Positions 54,157 to 64,000 of a DNA stretch of 64,000 bases are shown one piece after another. Each line of letters opens with the position of its first letter. Positions within the stretch are counted from its first letter, which is position 1. The translations under genes were made by a program, and so were the position numbers. This DNA comes from Naegleria gruberi (taxonomy: Eukaryota): NCBI GenBank assembly GCA_000004985.1, contig GG738883.1. The stretch is one strand, 5' to 3'. Below the pieces are notes generated by a model. It was not told where the DNA came from, did no database searches, and saw only the letters and a program-made list of their open reading frames with translations.

Positions 54157-56180
54157 TTATTTGGAGATAATTTCCAACTCTGGGAAATCTTGTTTTCTGA
54201 ATAACTGCAAACCATTTACACCTAGCTTATTACCACCAAATATTAATTCATCCAATAATTCCTTTTCCAAAATTTTACTCAACTCACTTGTACCCTCGAA
54301 ACCAATGAGATTTCTTTCGAGGTTGACTGATTTGATATTCTTATGTTTTGAATTATTTTTCATGATGGCATCACTCAATACTGTTGCACCTTCATTACCA
54401 ATTTGATTAGCACCCAAATCCAAGCAAGTTAATTGAGGGCTGAGCTTTTCGAGAATACTTGCAACCGCTTGGGCACCTTCATCAGAAATCTTATTATGAT
54501 GTAAGTTAAGAGTTTGCACATAGAATACAGAGTGAAGAGATGCCAAAGCATTGACAAAGGTCTTGCACCCTTCATTTCCAATCTTATTGTAGGAGAGATC
54601 AATTTCGAGCAATCTCAACATGCCAGAGGTTGGCAATGCTTCGCTCAAGAGAGCCACTTGCTTATCGTCAATATTGTTGTGGGACAAATTAATAGAGGTC
54701 AATGTCTTATTTGATTGTAAAACTTGTGTTAATGGTTCCAAGTTGGAAAGTCCACATCCTGAAATATCTAATTTTGTGATTGACTTGTTTGTGACAAGGG
54801 CTTCACATAAAATTGACAAGTTCAATACGTTTGGATTATTCTTCAGCACGAGAGTATGTAAAAATTCGTGATATTTGAGTGGTTCTTTGATTGCCATCAA
54901 ATCTTCAACTTGTTTCAATTTACAGGTAAAGACCTTTCTCTTGTGAATAGTATTGAAAAAGTCAGTAACTTGTTCATTAATTGAACCAGAGCACAAATTC
55001 TTATAGTACAACATTGTAATCTTGTTATTGATGGCAATATACCAAGAACGACGTTCATCTTCACTACCACCTTCAACATCAAAGTACAATGTACGTCCAA
55101 CTGCATCATCATCATCGTCGTCATCATCTCCTGCGTCACCACTTGATGCTTCACTTTCTTCATCCATTTGAAGGAGGAAACGATTATTCATACCGTCAGA
55201 TGTGAAAGTTGAATCCTTTGGTGTATAAAGCTCCAAACATCCTTTAAAATCATCAGTTCTACTTTTTGCAAATCTAATAATTTGGGTACCATCCAAAACA
55301 ATTTTACCCTTTCTATTCGATTCCAATAAAAATTAAAAATAAATTCAAAATAAAATCACACAAATCACATCAAAATTATAATGCACAAAAATAATTAATG
55401 AACTAGACAATTCCAAAAAACCACTTACAACTTATTCTTCTTTGCAGTATAATAACTCAATGTATTACTACTCAAAACAAACCATCTCTTCTTCCAATTC
55501 TTTCTAAATCTACCTTCCTTCACCAACCATCCTTCCTTATCAACCTGCTCACTACTTCTAGCCACAATCTTCTCCTTCTCCGATTTCTTCTTACCTCCCG
55601 AAGTCAACAACTCCAACTGCTCTCTAAACACAGAGTCCTTGTTGTGGTACTTTTTTCTCGCGTCGGCAAAGAACGTATGAAACAAATCCAATTCTGGATC
55701 ACTTAAATCTTTTGGCGGTGGCGGGAAAGTTATCGTAGTTGCATTGGCGCCAGAATTGTTATTAGAAGCAGAATTATTATTGTTATTGGATGATGAAGAT
55801 GATTGGACGGGAACTTTATCAAAGACTGAGAATGGATGAATATCGTACTTGTAGATGGCTTCATCGAGATCGTTTTGAATATAATTGGATGAGTGGATGG
55901 AATCTTCCTTTCCGATACCTTGTGTATTAAAGTCCTTCTTGAGACCAGTGGCTACTTTGATGACTGTTGGTGAGGAGTGTTGGCGACCGTAGTTTTTTAA
56001 TTCACCCTCGAGGTCTTTTTCATTGTTGCCTCCGAACATTTTTTTTTGATGGGAAATTTGTTGTGAAATGATTTGTGACATTTTCAATTCGGAACGAATC
56101 TGTTGGTATGTACTGGAATTGTGTGTGGCACACACAAGAATTGTTGAGATGTTGTTTAGCAGTAAAGAGTTTAATAACAT
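54157..56180 (-). CDS. PH-domain + leucine-rich-repeat (RNI-like) protein. Join: exon1 56180..55429, intron 55428..55313 (GTAAGT...GAATAG), exon2 55312..54157.
   Basis: Exon1 ends EGWLVKEGRFRKNWKKRWFVLSSNTLSYYTAKKNKL (first half of a PH domain). Exon2 continues KGKIVLDGTQIIRF...RRSWYIAINN (second half), then RNI-type LRRs (LDLGANQIGNEGA...). The start may lie downstream, since the ATG at 56180 is only 8 nt from the upstream gene's stop. Confidence 0.65.
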
Positions 56181-56188
56181 AGTTTAGT

Positions 56189-57418
56189 TTACAATCGAAT
56201 CAAGTTTAGAATACCATTGACAGTTCTCTTGTAGTGATCTGGTAAATAATCGACGAAAATATGAAAGACATGGAATGGAATCTTTTCTACCAAAACATTC
56301 ACATTATCAATTCCTTTCAATTTTTCCAAGACTGATCCAATTTCATAATTCAATCTTTCTCCAGAAGTATACGAAATGAACATTCCTTTTGGCAGTACAG
56401 ATGCAATTCTTTGCCATTTCTCTCTATTCCAATGATAAGGAGATAGAATTTGAGTTTTTTCTTGTTGACCTAGTCCACATGGTACTCCATTCAATTTCCA
56501 TTCTCTAATCTTTTCATTTCGAATGAGTCTATCCTGATGAAAGAGATCTCTACTCGGTGGAGTATCCATTTCCATATCACACCAAGGAGAAAGTAAGATG
56601 GCACCTTTGAGAGCATTCACATAATTGGCATCTGTTGAAGGATTCAACTGAGAAATTTTATCTGCAATTTGCCAACATAAATTACCACCAGCAGATTCAC
56701 CAATGACATAAATTTCCGAATGTCCCTTCACATCAACAAGCCATTTGAAAGCTCTGAATGCTTCTTCAGTAATTTGTTCAACTGTTGATTGTGGATAGGT
56801 TGTGTATTCCAATCCAAGTAGATCGAATGAATTTTCAGAGCACCATCTCTCATGAATATAACACAAATCTGAAACACCTGAAACGTAGGCACCTCCATGG
56901 AAGTGTAAAATTGCAATCTTTCTCTTTTGATTCTTTGAGAAATTGAAATATAAACTTTTAACAGAACTTCCTTTTAGGGTAAAATCTGGTCTCTCATCAG
57001 GTTGATGGAATGGACCAGCATTGAGTGCAAAAATTGCATCACTTGACCTATTCTTCAAAATTCTACAATTTTCCACAATTTGTTCGGCAGTGTAAGGTTT
57101 TTGATTTGCAGGAAGAGGAGGAAGTGAATATTTCAATGAACCAAAAATCAAATCAACCAAACGAAGAGTTGCCAATTCTCTATTATCCAATCCTTCCAAT
57201 GCTTTTTGTCTTTCAATTGCTCCCTTTTCATCATTCGATAAATTTTCCTCCCTTTTCAAAGATGATTTTCGGATGGAAAATCCAGAATTTTCCAAGAGTA
57301 AAAACACATGATATAGTGTCAAGGTAATCATGGCCAATATGCCTCTCTTGAATACAAATTTTCCAATCACCAATGCAACAATCAACGATAGGACAATACC
57401 ACCTATGAGTAGAGACAT
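56189..57418 (-). CDS. Alpha/beta-hydrolase-3 lipase/esterase (HSL/AADAC-like) with N-terminal TM anchor.
   Basis: HFHGGAYVSG oxyanion motif, GESAGGNL nucleophile elbow, N-terminal hydrophobic helix. Confidence 0.8.
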   Translation of the reverse strand: MSLLIGGIVLSLIVALVIGKFVFKRGILAMITLTLYHVFLLLENSGFSIRKSSLKREENLSNDEKGAIERQKALEGLDNRELATLRLVDLIFGSLKYSLPPLPANQKPYTAEQIVENCRILKNRSSDAIFALNAGPFHQPDERPDFTLKGSSVKSLYFNFSKNQKRKIAILHFHGGAYVSGVSDLCYIHERWCSENSFDLLGLEYTTYPQSTVEQITEEAFRAFKWLVDVKGHSEIYVIGESAGGNLCWQIADKISQLNPSTDANYVNALKGAILLSPWCDMEMDTPPSRDLFHQDRLIRNEKIREWKLNGVPCGLGQQEKTQILSPYHWNREKWQRIASVLPKGMFISYTSGERLNYEIGSVLEKLKGIDNVNVLVEKIPFHVFHIFVDYLPDHYKRTVNGILNLIRL

Positions 57419-57607
57419 TTTTTAACTATTATTGCCTGTTGAGAATCTTTTAAATATCCTTCCTACTATTATTGATGAAGAAAATTTTTGTTATGAACAT
57501 CGGAAGAATAAAGAAGTGGTTGGCGATAGATCTAATGCAAATTATTGTGCTAGTTCTCTATGAAAATACTCTCTTTTGATATCATTGTAAAATATCAAAG
57601 AAAAAAA

Positions 57608-58867
57608 ATGCAAGACATTAATGGTTTGAAGGTTTTGATTGGTGTCATTGTAGTGTTGCTGTTGGTCGCCCATGATGGTGTGTTATCGTTAGGGTTGAGA
57701 GTGAATAATAATCCTACTATTATTGGTGATCAAATTATTCCAGTAGAAATCAACGTTTTTTATTCGAATCCACAACTTTCTTCTCCGAAATTGTTTATCA
57801 GAGGAAACCTGAGTCCAATAATGTCATGGAATAGGGGTTTAAAACTTGAAGAGTCTAAACTCTCATCAGGAGTCTATCAATTACAATTCAACACTACCCA
57901 AAACCAATTACAAAATATTGGAAACCTATTCGAATTCAAAGCTCTCATTAATGACCAAGATTGGGAAATTGGAACCAACAACCAATTTATTCTCTCACTA
58001 ACTGCCAGAAATTCCATTTCAATCTATCCATGGTTCTATCAAAAGAAAGGTTCCATTCAAACATTACAAAATGTCTACTCACCAATTTTACAAAATTACA
58101 GAAATATTTCCCTTTACCTTCCACCTTCATATTTTGAAAATCAGGCAAAGACATTTGATAATTTATTGATCATGCACGATGGACAGAATTTATTTGATCC
58201 AGCAACAGCCTTCCTCAATCAAGCTTGGATGATTCAGAATACCCTTGATCCATTGATTACTTCCATGGATCCATCCTATGCCATGGAGGAGATTATAGTG
58301 ATTGGAATTGATAATACACCAGATCGATTGAATGAATATACCTATTCAAAAGATAAGGATTATGGTGGAGGAAAGGGAGATTTATATTTGGACTTTATTG
58401 AACATGAGGTTCTTCCTTATTTGTTGGCCAAGTTTTCCCAGAGATGGGTTCTGAGGAATGATAAATTGGGAATTTTGGGTTCATCACTTGGTGGACTCAT
58501 TTCGTGCTATGCTGGTTGGACTCGTTCCTCAATCTACTCAAAGATTGGATGTATGAGCAGTAGTTTTTGGTGGAATAATCAGGACTTCAACAATACCATT
58601 CTCAATAGACCATACACTCCATCGAACATTAACATTTATTTGGATAGTGGTGATAGTGGTGATGGAAATGATGATGTAATTCAGACTCAAACCGTTACCA
58701 AGCACATTTTGAACAAGGGCTCCTTCAAACTCAATCAGAATGTTTACTATTATCTCGATAAGGGTGCTTCACACAATGAATATTATTGGGGTCGGAGATT
58801 TCACGAGCCAATGTTGGCCCTGTATAAGAAATCTCCTCTATATTCCAAGTTCAATAGACTCTACTGA
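57608..58867 (+). CDS. Secreted 'putative esterase' family alpha/beta hydrolase (esterase D / Fes / IroE-like).
   Basis: ORF starts at 57560; ATG at 57608 gives signal peptide MQDINGLKVLIGVIVVLLLVA. YLPPSYFEN...LLIMHDGQNLFD, GIDNTPDRLNEYT, and GSSLGG (GxSxG). Confidence 0.7.
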   Translation: MQDINGLKVLIGVIVVLLLVAHDGVLSLGLRVNNNPTIIGDQIIPVEINVFYSNPQLSSPKLFIRGNLSPIMSWNRGLKLEESKLSSGVYQLQFNTTQNQLQNIGNLFEFKALINDQDWEIGTNNQFILSLTARNSISIYPWFYQKKGSIQTLQNVYSPILQNYRNISLYLPPSYFENQAKTFDNLLIMHDGQNLFDPATAFLNQAWMIQNTLDPLITSMDPSYAMEEIIVIGIDNTPDRLNEYTYSKDKDYGGGKGDLYLDFIEHEVLPYLLAKFSQRWVLRNDKLGILGSSLGGLISCYAGWTRSSIYSKIGCMSSSFWWNNQDFNNTILNRPYTPSNINIYLDSGDSGDGNDDVIQTQTVTKHILNKGSFKLNQNVYYYLDKGASHNEYYWGRRFHEPMLALYKKSPLYSKFNRLY

Positions 58868-59062
58868 TCTTGCTTCCATTTTCATTTTTGAATCGACCAG
58901 TGCAAATGGTCCTATCTATTGGATTGGAATTGGAAACGGGAATTGAGCGAAATTAACCTTAATCCCTTTTTTCACCTTGATGTTTTCACAATAAAACTGT
59001 TCCAAGTACACTTGATATTGAATTCAACACGCTTGAAGAAAACAAGTCAAAAGCTATCTGTA

Positions 59063-60367
59063 ATGCTAACCTCAAAGATGATCACTAATTACTCCCTCTT
59101 GATGGGTGCCTTATTATTCACAATAATACTAAGCGGTATTGCTTCACTGGTGCATGCACAACAAATGGTTTTATCCAAGTCAAGATGCCATGCTGGTCCA
59201 TTCACAATTACATTCTCTTCGACCATTCCAATTTCCTTTGGTACATCTGCTAAAATCAATGATGGATACAATACCTCTTCAACATTCAATTCAATTGTTG
59301 GCTATTCTAAAGATGAGACTAGCTTTTCTTTCAGAGTTGGAAAAACATCTGAAATGGGTGATTTCTTTATCTTCAATTCACCACATCCATTCGCTATTAG
59401 CTATACCATCTCGATGGATTTTGCCATGCTGAATTCAGAAACAACTACATTGAAAATACCTGCCTTTGGCCATGAAAGATTATTCACATCCAATCTCGTT
59501 CACACAACCACAAACAGTTTAACATTAACCAATTTGGATTCAACAAGGCACCATGTGAAAATTGCATATACATTCGCAAAGAGTGAAAAACCAAATTATC
59601 AATCGTTTGTTCTTTCCACTACTGAAACTATTCCACTCACCATTCCTTCTCAATACACTTCCTCCTCCAATATTCCGTTCTACCTCTATCTCCAATGTCA
59701 AAGCTCTTCAGAATGCAACATGGAATTGAAAATTACCCATGTGAGTTTCACAACTCAACAAAACCCTACTATTGACTCCAGTGCACCTCCAGAAGCAGCC
59801 TCAGGAACCGACATGCAAAGTATCTTTATGGATGAATTATTGGAGGCTGTTCCATCAGTGGCCTATCTCATTGGAAGTTTAATTGTTGGCTGTATTGCAT
59901 GTGCATGTTTAACATGTTGTGGTGTTTACTGCCTTGCTAAAAGACAAAAGAAGAAGGCAAGAGTCTCTTGTATTGATGCCTCTACAGAAACTTCATTCCG
60001 ATTCGTAACTGCCTTTGATAATAAGCAAGGAGAAGGAAATAATGATGCAACTAATTGTCCAACTCTTGCCTTTGTTCCTTGTCATAGTTTTAATAAGAGT
60101 AATGTGATGATGCCAAGTGCTGCTACTCAAGTGGAACTTCCAATGGCTGCTGATGTCATTATGGAGCAACAACATCCTCAATCCTATCCAACAAGTTTAC
60201 CTCCTCCTTATTCTTCTTCATCTAATCTGGAGACGCTACCAACAAATGAATTTAGTAAGGGTGAATTACCAGTAGAAGAACAACATCCAGTGGTCATGTA
60301 TCAAACTGTGAATATGTATCAGGATCCTAAAATGTCTTTCGATGTTGATCCTAATTTTAAAGTGTAA
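59063..60367 (+). CDS. Type I membrane protein of unknown family with a cytoplasmic PPPY motif.
   Basis: Signal-like MLTSKMITNYSLLMGALLFTIILSGIASLVHA, a ~270-aa ectodomain, TM VAYLIGSLIVGCIACACLTCCGVYCL followed by KRQKKK, and a tail containing SLPPPYSSS. Confidence 0.45.
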   Translation: MLTSKMITNYSLLMGALLFTIILSGIASLVHAQQMVLSKSRCHAGPFTITFSSTIPISFGTSAKINDGYNTSSTFNSIVGYSKDETSFSFRVGKTSEMGDFFIFNSPHPFAISYTISMDFAMLNSETTTLKIPAFGHERLFTSNLVHTTTNSLTLTNLDSTRHHVKIAYTFAKSEKPNYQSFVLSTTETIPLTIPSQYTSSSNIPFYLYLQCQSSSECNMELKITHVSFTTQQNPTIDSSAPPEAASGTDMQSIFMDELLEAVPSVAYLIGSLIVGCIACACLTCCGVYCLAKRQKKKARVSCIDASTETSFRFVTAFDNKQGEGNNDATNCPTLAFVPCHSFNKSNVMMPSAATQVELPMAADVIMEQQHPQSYPTSLPPPYSSSSNLETLPTNEFSKGELPVEEQHPVVMYQTVNMYQDPKMSFDVDPNFKV

Positions 60368-60442
60368 AATAAATTATATTGTTATTTAAAAATACAAATC
60401 TGAGAAGAACATGTTCAAATAGATTGATGGTTCATTAGATAC

Positions 60443-61109
60443 TTAATGTTTTTTAAGATTTCTTGGACTTTCCAAGTAGGCTTTAACTCTCTCACTCTTC
60501 AATACATTTGCCTTCAGAGTTTCAAGCTTGGAATCATCAACAACCACTTCAAATCGATACAAATCCAAGTATGATAATAAATCGTACAAGTATAAATCGG
60601 CCCAACTCAATCCTCCCGGAACTAGATTGCCATTATTCTTGATGAGGTGAGAATTTAATCCTTTCATGATGAGTTTCAACCAACCATTTTGGAATTTAAC
60701 TCGTTCCTCCTCCTTCTTATCTTCGGAAGTAAAATAGACAATTCTGATAACGTGATTGGTTAATTCATCAATAGCAGAGACGCATTCTTCGAGAATGGCT
60801 TGATTTCTTTCATCAGTTGGATGAAAATTTGCTTGCTTGGCTAAGAATCGAGCAATAGGAATGGTTTGATAGAGTGTGAAATCTTCATCAACTTTGAGAG
60901 AAGGCAATTGACCATATCTTGTGTTTGGTTGAGTAGATGTCCAGGATCCATCTTCAAATGAAATTGATTTAAATTCGTATGGAATTGCACAATGTTCTGC
61001 GATCAACTTGATAATGTCCTACAAAGAAGATTCAGTAATTTGAAAAGTTGTTTCAATGAAAACTTACTGCTCTGCCGGGTCCAGGAAAGTATACTAATTG
61101 GTAAGCCAT
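60443..61109 (-). CDS. GST: Glutathione S-transferase, sigma/HPGDS-like. Join: 14-codon exon1 61109..61068, 49-nt intron 61067..61019 (GTAAGT...TTTGTAG), exon2 61018..60443.
   Basis: Exon1 MAYQLVYFPGPGRA joins to DIIKLIAEHCAIPYEFKSISFEDGSW...GQLPSLKVD...IARFLAK..., restoring the canonical GST N-terminal thioredoxin-like fold, which the ORF alone lacks. Confidence 0.8.
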
Positions 61110-61354
61110 TTTTATTTGTGAATTTGTTGGATATTTGGTTAGTCAAATCTAGCTATTTATTTCGATGACCTGACTTCATGCAAATGCTAGAACATCCAAT
61201 TCGAGTGGAAATTCGAATCCTGAGCGTACGCATTAATCTCCAGCTCCTGATACTTTACAATTTCAGTTCATTAAAGTTGCTTGCAGCTGAATAAGTTTCT
61301 TTATGCTCAGTGGCAAATATTGATCTAATTGTTACAATTTCAAATAGTTTTGGA

Positions 61355-62371
61355 ATGGGTGAATTATTTAAAAAAATGAAATTGTTGGAACTGCCAGACG
61401 AAATTATTTTTCATATTTTGGGATATTGTTGTGTAGCAGCAGAAAATCATCATGAACCTCTACTCCGAAATCCATATGTTAGACAAATGGCCAAAATACA
61501 ATCTATCAACAAGGATTTTTCAAGAAGAATTAAAAGTTATTCTGATACGTTTTGGAAGAGTCTTTTAGTGGATGAATTTGGAGCGAATAAGCAATTTATT
61601 AAATTAATAGATGATCAAATAACAGGTACTTTGCAAAATAAGAAGATTTCACTGAAGAGAAGAGCACTCTTGTTGAGAAAATTATTTAGTAGGAATTTCA
61701 AAATTAATACCAATAAGCAACCTGGTTATTCCGAATGTAAATTTTGTGTTTCTGGACCTGCTAATACTGGTAAAACTTGTTTAACCACAAAATACATAAC
61801 AGGTGAATTTCCACAAGTTACAGATCCAACAATAGAAGACAGCTACAGAAAGATGATACGAGTAGATGAATATTCACACCTTTTGGATATTTTGGACACG
61901 GCTGGGCAAGAGGAATATAAAGCAATGAGAGATGGATATATTGCAACATCACAAGCTTTTGTAATTACTGCAAGTTTAGATCTTATTCCAACAGAATGTA
62001 CACAATATTACGAGGAATTATTGGCTCAAATTATAAGCATTAAGGATTGGAAAGGAGTTGGATGTTATCATCCAATGGTTTTTGTAGTGAACAAGTCTGA
62101 TTTAGAACAAGAGGAAAGAAAGTCAACATTTGAGGAATGGAAAACATTTTTGAATTCAGTTATAGAGAGATATGGAATAATGAATTCTGAGATTATTGAA
62201 ACCAGTGCCAAATCCAATATTAATGTTTCAAAAATATTTGAATTAGGTATTAGAATGTTTCTACATTTTCATTTTAGTCACGTTTTTTGGTTTCAACAAG
62301 TAATTGAATTGGATACAAAAGCTTTTAGTCACACAGAAAACAAATCCGAAAAGAAATGTTTACTACAATAA
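61355..62371 (+). CDS. F-box + Ras-family small GTPase fusion with CaaX box (CLLQ); single exon; paralog of 42767..43922.
   Basis: LELPDEIIFHILGYC (F-box), linker ...KRRALLLRKLFSR..., then a complete GTPase: GPANTGKT (G1), TDPTIEDSYRKMIRVDE (switch I), DTAGQEEY (G3), VNKSDL (G4), ETSAKS (G5), and terminal KKCLLQ*. Track ORF 61310 starts at GTG; first ATG at 61355. Confidence 0.7.
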   Translation: MGELFKKMKLLELPDEIIFHILGYCCVAAENHHEPLLRNPYVRQMAKIQSINKDFSRRIKSYSDTFWKSLLVDEFGANKQFIKLIDDQITGTLQNKKISLKRRALLLRKLFSRNFKINTNKQPGYSECKFCVSGPANTGKTCLTTKYITGEFPQVTDPTIEDSYRKMIRVDEYSHLLDILDTAGQEEYKAMRDGYIATSQAFVITASLDLIPTECTQYYEELLAQIISIKDWKGVGCYHPMVFVVNKSDLEQEERKSTFEEWKTFLNSVIERYGIMNSEIIETSAKSNINVSKIFELGIRMFLHFHFSHVFWFQQVIELDTKAFSHTENKSEKKCLLQ

Positions 62372-62430
62372 GTCTTTCTTTCAATGATTGTTAAGGGAAA
62401 ATATTAAGAGATTGATTGCTCATCATGTGA

Positions 62431-62503
62431 TCCCCCTTAGCTCAGTCGGTAGAGCGTCAGACTGTTAATCTGCAGGTCGGTGGTTCGAGCCCACCAGGGG
62501 GAG
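62431..62503 (+). tRNA. tRNA-Asn (anticodon GTT).
   Basis: Acceptor TCCCCCT/AGGGGGA, D-arm GCTC-AGTCGGTA-GAGC, anticodon loop CTGTTAA, T-arm GGTGG-TTCGAGC-CCACC; 73 nt. Confidence 0.85.
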
Positions 62504-63036
62504 ATGCTTTTGCTCCCTACTTACTTTTTTCCCAAACTTGTCCTAAACCTGACTTGTGTATTTTATGCATTTCCTCAATTTATATCATGGAAGTGTTTAT
62601 TGGATATTCAAAGAATGGAATATTCCGGGAGTGTCACTACAAAACAACTAGATATCCAATATCAACTTTAAAATTGTTAGACAACCATTTACCCTTAATC
62701 CAGTCAGTTTGCTCCACATATTTTATAGTATCAACAAGTTTTTGCTGGGAAGTTTCAATGTCACTAAACAAAATCACCAATGCTTGCCCATGACTTTCCT
62801 GTTTGTTATTCACATCACTTCGTTCTTTTAAAATGCCGAGTATTGACCTGAAAACCCAAAAGCCCGATAACTTTGTAAACACAATTTCAGCAGTATAACA
62901 AATTGTCCATTTTAAGTAGTTTTGCACGCACCTTTTAATACCAATGCAATTTAAAAAAAACCTCCAAACAACTAAGCACCCACCTCTACCTCGAACAACT
63001 ATAACATACTTGGGTGCATTCAAATTTTGAATACAA

Positions 63037-64000
63037 ATGAACAATTTAATCCTCTCAACATTTGATGTTATTTCCAATTCAACCTCAACAACCAATACAT
63101 CTGCACTCTATATTGGTAATTGCTTACTGGTGGACCCTGATGGCTATCCATATGTCGAGTGGATGTACAATCTAATGGGTCAGTGTGTCCATTCACCATT
63201 GGAGCAGAGCTCTTTCTATGTTGGATTGGGAAGTCTGGCCTTGTACATTGTTTCTGGCATTCCACAAGTTATTGAGAATTTCATGAAGGGTAATGCTGAT
63301 GGTTTATCGCCCTACACTTTGGCCATGTTTATCATTGGTGATTCGAGTAACTTGTTGGGGGCCATTCTCACCCGTCAATTATTCACACAAATTCTATTGG
63401 CCATCTACTTTGTCACTATAGAGGTGATTTTAATTTCACAATTCCTATTCTACAAATTGAAAGCACTGTGGAAGAGGAGGAAACACAAAGGACAAGAACA
63501 ACTCCACGATGAAGAGGATGATAAAGCATCATCTGCCAACACTTCAGCAATAGTATCAGCAGCCGTAGATACTCACAGTTGTACCTCAATGACTTGTACT
63601 CCATTAGAGGAACACAATAATGAATTTCTTTCCGATAGTGAGCAGCAGCCTCATCACGAGAATGGACTGATGAGTTTGAAGGGCAATGTTAATTCCACAC
63701 GAACTGTTTCTCTACTTGTTTTGTTGATGGTCTTTTTCTATTTAATGTTCACAATGAATCATTCAAGTAACAACCTTAATATTCCACAACAACACAATGA
63801 ACAACAAACTGGAAGAAGATTATTATCGAACCATGAAGATGAAATCAGCACTACCAAGGATCACAACAGCGTTCAATTTCCACCTGTTGCAACTGAGGCC
63901 ATTATTGGCTATACTATTGGTTTCATATCCACGACATGTAGTATTGGTTCAAGAATTGCTCAAATTATTAAGAATTTCATGAAAGGAACCTATGGCATGA
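63037..64000 (+). CDS. PQ-loop repeat transporter (PQLC2 / cystinosin / Ypq-like), 5' part; continues past the window end.
   Basis: ATG at 63037; the frame is open to 64000. First PQ loop: GIPQVIENFMKGNADGLSPYTLAMFIIGDSSNLLGA. A second begins CSIGSRIAQIIKNFMKGTYG at the window edge, after a hydrophilic loop. Not in the ORF track because no stop falls within the window. Confidence 0.8.
   Translation, partial: MNNLILSTFDVISNSTSTTNTSALYIGNCLLVDPDGYPYVEWMYNLMGQCVHSPLEQSSFYVGLGSLALYIVSGIPQVIENFMKGNADGLSPYTLAMFIIGDSSNLLGAILTRQLFTQILLAIYFVTIEVILISQFLFYKLKALWKRRKHKGQEQLHDEEDDKASSANTSAIVSAAVDTHSCTSMTCTPLEEHNNEFLSDSEQQPHHENGLMSLKGNVNSTRTVSLLVLLMVFFYLMFTMNHSSNNLNIPQQHNEQQTGRRLLSNHEDEISTTKDHNSVQFPPVATEAIIGYTIGFISTTCSIGSRIAQIIKNFMKGTYGM

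Noticed and set aside
62637-63095. 152-aa minus-strand ORF between tRNA-Asn and the PQ-loop gene.
   Set aside because: It overlaps the well-supported PQ-loop start (63037) on the opposite strand, and its N-terminal two-thirds is non-protein-like. Only the last ~50 residues look coding, with no motif. It is probably UTR or spurious.
1-64000. CRISPR arrays, IS elements, operon structure, rRNA.
   Set aside because: No short regularly spaced repeats, no transposase-like ORFs, and no rRNA-like segments. The gene structure is eukaryotic.

Overview
This window reads as gene-dense, AT-rich nuclear DNA from a eukaryote, most likely an amoeboid protist. It shows poly-Q/N/S low-complexity tracts and very short spliceosomal introns of about 40-190 nt with GTAAGT, GTATGT or GTTTGT donors. 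A selenophosphate-synthetase/methyltransferase-like fusion suggests a heterolobosean such as Naegleria, but that is inference only. It is not prokaryotic, and there are no CRISPR arrays, operons or rRNA.

Most long ORFs are real genes, and several adjacent ORFs in the supplied track are exons of one gene. I joined them by hand where donor, acceptor and reading frame agree and a recognisable domain is completed across the junction.

Recognisable content:
- an NHL-repeat protein
- a cPLA2-like lipase interrupted by a polytopic membrane insert
- a Sel1-repeat protein
- a DUF1349 protein
- inositol monophosphatase
- a selenophosphate synthetase fused to an AS3MT-like N-terminal domain
- a p24/GOLD cargo receptor
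- a secreted GH19 lysozyme/chitinase with an Arg/Ser-repeat tail
- a sterol-desaturase-family hydroxylase
- a Zn2Cys6 + SAM-domain protein
- an RGS-domain protein
- a MINDY deubiquitinase
- an FKBP-like TPR protein
- LAMTOR2
- a RhoGAP
- RNA polymerase subunit RPAC2/Rpb11-like
- a myristoylatable RABL6-like GTPase
- an Ap4A-phosphorylase-like HIT protein
- a PH-LRR protein
- two alpha/beta hydrolases
- a sigma-class GST
- a PQ-loop transporter
- two tRNAs (Asn-GTT intact; Asp-GTC with two stem mismatches)

The most unusual item is a pair of paralogous genes, at 42767-43922 and 61355-62371, that fuse an N-terminal F-box to a complete Ras-type GTPase ending in a CaaX box. Other notable items are the SPS fusion, a bacterial-type GH19 enzyme with a cationic RS tail, a secreted SR/GK/Q-rich protein, a divergent paralog pair of unknown family, and ORF-free stretches of about 0.9-1.3 kb that may carry ncRNA or regulatory functions.
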